From NCBI GenBank assembly GCA_964016885.1, contig OZ024748.1, positions 45,508,001-45,572,000 on the forward strand: a DNA stretch of 64,000 nt. Direction: 5' to 3'. The number at the start of each line of letters is the position of its first letter. Positions within the stretch are counted from its first letter, which is position 1. Source of the stretch: Eledone cirrhosa (lineage: Eukaryota). This document shows positions 56,418 through 64,000 of the stretch, one piece after another. The position numbers and the translations under genes are program-made. Under the pieces are notes generated by a model. That model was not told the origin of the DNA. It worked only from the letters and a program-made list of their open reading frames with translations, and ran no database searches.

Positions 56418-56774
56418 TTTCGTTGACAAGTATATTAATGTGCACAGACACGCAGCTATATTATCCTTGGTATGACAGTGTGGTTTTAGCTCAATGTCGG
56501 ATAACTAGTATACTACAGAGCCGTTTTTATCATGCGGAGTAACACCCTCACTCATTTCTTGCTACCCTATCTGAACCTCGTTATCCTCTATTGCACCATG
56601 TATGTGATCAATTTTTGATGTAATTTTTTATGGCATTTTATGACATTATGTGCGTCTTGTATTGTGTGTTTTTCTATATGGCGCTGACCTTAGGACCTCC
56701 CTACTTGTCCTTTATCTTTGTTCTGGTGACTGAGCTGGATGGAGCCTGCAACCTATGGTATATTTTTGTTTATA

Positions 56775-56821
56775 GGCTCTGATGATTCCTGCCATAGGGT
56801 ATGGATGAAACACTGTTAGCT
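56775..56821 (+). ncRNA. Hammerhead ribozyme, intact core (family J)
   Basis: ggct-CTGATGA-t-tcctgcc-atag-ggtatgga-t-GAAA-cactg-TT-agct, followed by a short tail and (TA)n. Confidence 0.78.
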
Positions 56822-56865
56822 AATAAAACGACGTATTTCTAAGCACCCCTTTGGTTATTCCTAAA

Positions 56866-56911
<46 letters not shown>

Positions 56912-58324
56912 CATACATATATATTATTGGTTCTTTCGGATTTAGTATCTATCTTAAATATCGAGGGAGTTTCGAAAATTAGCAAAGTTGCAGTTGTTGA
57001 TGTTATAATAGACTTTTAACCCCACACCAATTCAACCGTGATGGACCAAAAATACGTTTAAATGGATTCTCGCGGAGATCATACTGTTTTCTATAGGTAC
57101 CAAAAACTAAACCATATGTCTCACCTCAGATCGGAAATTAAAAATGTCATCCATTTCCTGGTAAAAACATAGTTCAAAATGTTATTAGTTTAATATAGAT
57201 CTTCATTGGTTGAATATAATCACGACATCAGGCTTGGAAGTTAGTTAGTTCTCCACGATACCCTTGATTTTTGTTCATGTGGTGAATATAAAACGTCTTC
57301 ACTAAAGGTTAAGTCTCTGTTGGTCCAGTAAATGTGTCATATAACAATCAAAATGTCGTGGTTATGTATATGTAGTGAATATGTCATGTCACATAGAAAA
57401 TAACTACTGTTGATATTTATCTGCTTGTATGTATAAGACTGTGTTGATAAATGTTAGTGAATGTATCTTGCTATAGTTTATACAGTTATGGCTTATATAT
57501 ATACACACACACATATATATGTATATATATATATATTCTATAGAAATATATATATATACATATGTTATATAGAAATGATTCCTACAAGGCTAGATCTGTT
57601 TCATTCGATTGAAACCATCAAACACACACAAACATATACACACATATATAAACACATACACATGCACATATATATATTAGAGGGAGATATGTATATACAC
57701 GCACGAAAGTATATATATATATGTATATACACGCACGAAAGTGTATATATATATTACAGTTCGAATAATATATATTCGACGCATCCATTTAGATGATATT
57801 AAGATAACTTTGATAAAACGATCATTTCCGCTTCCGGTTGCTAGATAATGTCTTTACTCTACAAAAGAGCCTCCATTAGACGCGATCTTTTCCTAAATGA
57901 CTCAAAACAAAATGGATGCCATTAGGATTATATCTGTTCATCTTCCTTACCTTATTGATACTTACAAAACATTAAAAACCTTTTAATGGCCTTTTATGGG
58001 CCCGATATCGCTGCGATAATTTACACTGATAGTATTCATTAGGATTTATAATTGAAGTTGTTAGCATCTCTCACTTGCAATATTTTCACCGTATAATGGC
58101 GAATAAGTAAGTCAATCTTTGAAATAGATAGTTTTTTTAGGACGAAAGTAAAAAAGAAACATTAGCAAAATAAAAAAAAATAAAAATAATTACCAGGTAA
58201 TATTTTGTATTGTTTAGAATTATATCTCTTTCCACATTATAAATATTTTTTAGTTGAAAAATACGTTTAAATATCACAATGTCAGAAGGAAAACAATGAA
58301 TTTGAAGACGAAAAGTAACGCGAA

Positions 58325-58795
58325 GGCGTGGATCTACTCTTTTAGATGGAGGTCTAGGTGATACTTGGAGGATGGCGTTGATCTACACCTTTGACTGGAG
58401 GGTGGTGCGGCTCTATACCTTTAGATGGAGAGTGTATGTGATACTTTGAGGGTGGCATTGATCTACACCTTTGGAGGGAGGGTGTAGGTGATACTTGGAG
58501 AGTGATGCGGATCTACACATTTGGCTGGAGGGTGTATGTGTTACTTGGAAGGTGGCGTTGATCTACACCTTTGGATGGAGGGTGTATGTTATACTTAGAG
58601 GGTGGCGTTGATCTACACCTTTGTATGGAGGGTGTATGTTATACTTGGAGGGTGGCGTTGATCTCTACCTCTGGATGGAGGGTGTATGTGATACTTGGAG
58701 AGTGGCACGGATCTCCACCTTTGGATAGAGTGTGTAAGTGATACTTGGAGGGGGCGTTGATCTACATCTTTCGATGGAGGGTGTATGTGATACTT
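58325..58795. repeat. 50-bp G-rich minisatellite (~9 units)
   Basis: gatacttggagggtggcgttgatctacacctttggatggagggtgtatgt recurring every 50 bp. Confidence 0.92.
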
Positions 58796-59084
58796 ATTTT
58801 CTTATGTTTCATGTCTTCTATTCTGTATTATTTCCCCCTAGACCCCACTCACTTATCTCCCTTCTCTACTCTCTATAATAGACGTCCATTACAGTGAAAC
58901 GAAATCCCTGGCGTAGAGGAGGATGAGAATGCAGGGGAGGAGGTGTAGAGGAGGATGTGAAGGGGAAAAGAGGTGTAAAGATAGATATATTTATTTGTCA
59001 GGTATATAACACAGGTGAAAATACGAAAAGAAAGTTTTCGGGGTTGGGGATGAGAAAGGATTCTATGGTGTTTCGGATAATGGT

Positions 59085-59104
59085 AACTACTACTACTAAT
59101 ACTT

Positions 59105-59148
<44 letters not shown>

Positions 59149-60230
59149 GCTACTACCACCAATGCCACTAACACCACAAGCAACATAAACACCATCCTCT
59201 TCCTAAACAACATCCAACGCCACTAACGCCAAGAACACCAACTCCGACACCACCATCACCATCAACACCAACATCATCACCATCAACACCAACACCACCA
59301 CCAACAACACTACCACCAATACCACCGGAACCACAAACACCACTAACATCACCAAAAGCAGCAGCAGCAGCACCACCACCATCACCACCAATAACAACAA
59401 CACCATCATCATCACCACACCAACACCACCAACAACACTATCACCATCACCAACACCAACATCACCACCAATAACACCACTATCACCATCACCAACATCA
59501 TCACCATCACCACCAACACTAGCAACACCACCACCAACACCACCACCACCATCACCACCAACAACACCACCATCCACCACCAACAGTATCAAAAACACCA
59601 TCACCAACAGCAACACCACCAACAACTCCAACTGCAACACCATCACCATCACCAACAACAACACCATCCACCACCACCAACACCATGACCAACAACAACA
59701 CCACGAACCAACACCAACAACAACAACACAACCATCCACCACCACCACCAACACCATCACCAACAACACCACCACCACCACCAACACCAACAACAACACC
59801 ATCCACCAACACCATGACCAACAACAACATCATCACCGACACCAACAACAACACCATCCACCACCACCAACACCATGACCAACAACAACACCACGAACCA
59901 ACACCAACAACAACAACACCACCAACACCAACCACCAACACCACGACCAACAACAACACCACCACCACCAACACCAACAACAACACCACCACCAACACCA
60001 ACCACCAACACCACGACCAACAACAACACCACCACCACCAACACCAACAACAACACCACCACCAACACCAACCACCAACACCACGACCAACAACAACATC
60101 ACCACCACCAACACCAAACACCAACACCACGACCAACAACAACACCAAACACCAACACCACGACCAACAACAATACCACCACCACCAACACCAACACCAT
60201 CACCACCAACAACAACAACAACAGCACCAA
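59085..60230. repeat. (CTA)n then (CAC/CAA)n compound microsatellite
   Basis: Trinucleotide repeats. Confidence 0.93.
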
Positions 60231-61018
60231 CTACCCTCATGGTGTGTAGAAAGTTAAACACATAATTCTTTGCTCTGTCACACAAAGTGTGCTAACTAGA
60301 TGACAAGACAAGACAAGATAAGAAAAAGCACAAAAATAACAACGAAAAACGAAAGCAAAAGAAAAAACCCAAGCAACGTGTGACTGGCATTGACGTATTA
60401 TTTAACATGTGTTTTCAGGCTACGACTGCATTACACTTGGCTTCACCTCGATGAAACAACTTCAATGGCTGATTAAACTTATTAGAACAGTTAAGTCGGT
60501 AGATGTCCATGAATAAAGTGGCTAAGTGGAAGCCATTTAATTGCAGATTTTAGTTTTTGCTGGCGGCCAAACGGTGTCATTTGCGGTATATGTATTTGTG
60601 TATGTGTGTGTATGTGTGTGTATGTGTGTGTGTGAGTGTGTGAGAGAGAGAGAAATAGAGAGAGAATGTGTGTGCGAGTATGTGTGTGTGTGTGTGAGAG
60701 AGAGAGAGAGCGAGAGAAAGTGTGTGTGTGAGTGCATGTGTGTGTGTTAGAGTGTGTGTGTGAGAGAGAAAGAGAGAGAGAGAGAGAATGTGTGTGCGAG
60801 TATGTGTGTGTGTGTGTGTGAGAGAGAGAGAGCGAGAGAAAGTGTGTGTGAGTGCATGTGTTTGTGTTGGAGTGTGTGTATGTGTATGTGTGTGTGTCTG
60901 TGTGAGTGTGTGCATGTGTGTGTGTGTAGATGTGTGTCTATGAGTGTGTGTGTGTATGTGCATGTGTGCATGTGTGTGCGTGTGTAAGAGAGAGAACGAG
61001 AGTGTGTGTGTGTTAGTA

Positions 61019-61065
<47 letters not shown>

Positions 61066-61200
61066 TAATTCGCAATTATGATACATATTAAATGATGAAA
61101 ACTTAAAAAAAATGATAAGACTTAATTGCTCAACGATCACCTCGTAATGTAAAGTCATTATAAATGGACACACACACACGCACGCACACACACACACACA

Positions 61201-61263
<63 letters not shown>

Positions 61264-61391
61264 TCATATATAGATATGTGTGTGTGTGTGTGAGTGTGTA
61301 TATGCGTATCTATGTGTGTGTGTTTGAGGACATTTATTATCCTATACGTATATAATTGACAAATGTCTATCTATATATGTCTGTCTGTTTG

Positions 61392-61482
<91 letters not shown>

Positions 61483-61671
61483 GCCTGACGCGTGGAACAT
61501 TGCCGGTAAGATCCTTTGTAAATTTATATACAAAAAACAGAACAAATTGTATGAAAAAACATATTATTTTGTAGATTAACCCCCAAGCTGAATTGTCAGC
61601 TAGGTGGTAAACTCATTTTGCGCCCCTTTAGGGGCGAAAATTTAATTTAATAATTGTGCCAACTATAAAAC

Positions 61672-63570
61672 ATGAATAACACGAAGGGAACGCTGGAGAA
61701 GGTCGACAGAGAAAAGAGAGAGAAAGAGGCAGATTTTAACGTTATATCTGCTTCTGCTACTATGGACGTCGTCATAGATATGACTGTCAACAAAGAGGAA
61801 AAAATGTTACCACTCGAAAATTGTACAATTTCTACCGTCGAAGCGGAGAAAAATAACACTAACTCACATGAAAACACATAAATTAAACCTATTAACATAC
61901 ATACACATGAAAAAGACATCAACAACTCCACAGATACATCTACACATAAAGTTTCACCTCGTCAAGGAACTGAGATTTCCAACACCGAGGCTAACAACGA
62001 TAACAACAACAACAACAGCAACAGCAACACCACACAAAAAAAGAAAATGTCTTTCGCTGAAACAATAAGATTTTATAAATCTTGACATCTCCAATGCAAG
62101 AAATATGCTCCAGGAAGGGAGAAAATGTGTAACTTTCGAAGAGAAGGGTGGATTTAGAAGTAACTCACCCCTTGAAATAAAGGAAGACACAGTTCGAATC
62201 AGTCACTTTAGGACTGTGTCCAATTCCACGAGAAAGCCGATATTTGTTAGTCAAGCAGATATAGAAGCTACTTTCAAGGAAATTCTAGCAAATATCGATT
62301 TTCTCCAACGAGGAAAACAGTACGGAAGTGTTTCCGTACTGTTTAAAAGCGAGGCACTCGCCCAAAAAACATTCTGTGACGCCAATGTTGTCAAAAGCAT
62401 TCGCCTTTTTCCCTACATACATGGGAAAAAGGACACAAAAAATAAAAATAAAAAATATACCTCCAAACATTAATATCTGGTGAATCTTGGCTGGCTTCCT
62501 AGAGTCAGAAACTGATATGATTCTTTCGATACGAAAGTCTATTCGACAAAGGTGGGAGGGTACTGATTTGGAGATTCTGTTGCAAATGAGGCCGGAGAAA
62601 ATCTCCAAAATACCCGAAAGAGTCGTCATCGATGATAACAACAAAATAAACATTTCGGTATAAGGACCAAAATGTCATTGCTTTCGCTGTGGTAGCACAG
62701 CACACCTAAAAGCCTGTCGTCCTTCACAAACACACAACAACAACATCATTAAAAAAACACTATTACCAACACCAAATCAACCACCACCACCACAAGTACA
62801 ACGACAGACGAAACGAGCAACCACACCAAAACAAACAGACACTCAACCAACAACAACAGAACAAACAGAGACAACACCCCTGAAGAACACAGCCCCACCG
62901 CATCCCACTCCATCAAACACTACCTCAAACACACACACCGAAACACCACCACCACACAACATACCCCTACCCCACACACCTGACGATGATTATTCATCGA
63001 CGGATTAAGCTGCTTCTCCTTCTTTAAGTGAAGAAGTGGGAGATCCGCGGAAATCTAAAAAACAAAAGAAGAGACACCACAAAACCCCCAAAACACCAAT
63101 CACCAACACCAACACAAAACCACAAACACAAACAACAACACAAACAACACCACAGTCAAACATCCCCCTATCAGCAAAACCAATACCACCCCAAACACAA
63201 GCACCTACCATAAAAAGAAAACTCCCGGACGAACAACAAACTAAAACAACACAACAAAAACACAAACAACAATACGCATACATCAACACAACCAACAATA
63301 ATTTGATGGAGGTCATCTCTTAAAACCCCAAGGTGGAGACGGAGGGCAAAACTTTCGTCAAGGTAGAATCGTCTCCACACCTTAAACTTATAAGGGTTTC
63401 TATGGAAACCTATAATGACCTGAAAAATAAATTTTCACAGTAACTGGGCAACCCATGCCAGAAACACATCAACCGCGTCCTGTTAAAATGTTTCCCCATC
63501 CCACCCATCACCCCATCCAGCACCCAAATGGAGATTGAACAACCCGATCTCCAGGAAACGAAAAGGTAAG
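61672..63570 (+). pseudogene. ORF1 (gag-like, CCHC knuckle), multiply disrupted
   Basis: IDFLQRGKQYGSVSVLFKSEALA region and CFRCGSTAHLKA-C at ~62677-62716; Pro/Thr-rich C-terminal part; frameshifts. Confidence 0.7.
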
Positions 63571-63610
63571 TGCACCTTTCGCCCTTTTTCTCCAACTCTT
63601 CTTCACCAAC

Positions 63611-64000
63611 ATGGCTAGTTTAGGAATTGGAAGCGTGAATGTGCGTGGCCTAGGGATGCCCTGGAAATAGGGCCAACTTTTAAACGACCTTAGGTCACAC
63701 GGTATGGATGTGATAGCCATCACCGAGTCCAGGATCCACAACAGGCAGCAACTAACCCCCATCTTCGACGACTTTGAGATCTATGCATCTCTCTGTCAGC
63801 CAGAAGGTGGGGATGGAGTGGCTGTCATGTTTCGGAAGAACCTGGACGTCGAAGTAGAACAAGTACACTTGGACCCGGAGGGTAGACTGGTAGTCCTAGA
63901 CGTGAATAGTATTGGAGGTGGAACCTTCAGACTGGTGGCCGTTTATGCCCCGACCGGGCAATCGCAATCACGGACAGACTTCTTTAAGCGTCTAGAGTCC
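63611..64000 (+). pseudogene. ORF2 apurinic/apyrimidinic-like endonuclease domain with premature stop
   Basis: MASLGIGSVNVRGL...*...DVIAITESRI...GGDGVAVMF...DPEGRLVVLDV...FRLVAVYAPT; TAG at 63668. Confidence 0.92.

Larger units (their letters stand above)
61478..64000 (+). mobile_element. Tx1/L1-type non-LTR retrotransposon, 5' part, starting directly after (TATC)n; runs off the window
   Basis: Decayed ORF1 with zinc knuckle, then ORF2 APE endonuclease. Confidence 0.88.

Noticed and set aside
60412-60516. ttttcag acceptor and short ATG frame as a host exon
   Set aside because: The 21-codon frame has no recognisable homology and no good donor site.
62976-63003. CTGACGA plus hairpin as a hammerhead
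   Set aside because: No GAAA or stem I/III, and it lies inside LINE ORF1.

Overview
Repeat-dominated eukaryotic DNA, most likely from an octopus (inferred from recalled octopus tRNA-SINE families and the extreme (TA)n/(CA)n/(GA)n/(TATC)n load; not verified by search). No intact host protein-coding gene is recognisable, and almost all listed ORFs are microsatellite artefacts. Real coding remnants are two different Penelope-like retroelements (PLEs; RT and GIY-YIG, 4172-6384), a Tx1/L1-type non-LTR retrotransposon found at (TATC)n tracts (3' fragments at 48.5-49.9 kb; 5' part with ORF1 and APE endonuclease at 61.5-64 kb) and an RTE 3' end. The window also holds many tRNA-SINEs, a hAT MITE, three copies of a CA...TG MITE and a non-autonomous Helitron. 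The main hidden layer is RNA structure: about 25 intact, decayed or partial hammerhead ribozyme (HHR) motifs from roughly ten short PLE-pLTR/retrozyme-like families sit in (TA)n tracts, often as inverted repeats. One family (8.5-8.9 kb, 44.6 kb, 54.2 kb) carries the hammerhead core strands in a non-circularly permuted, pseudoknotted order, with a covarying helix and a kink-turn pattern in extended stem III; this is the most promising candidate for an undescribed system. All structures were derived by eye.
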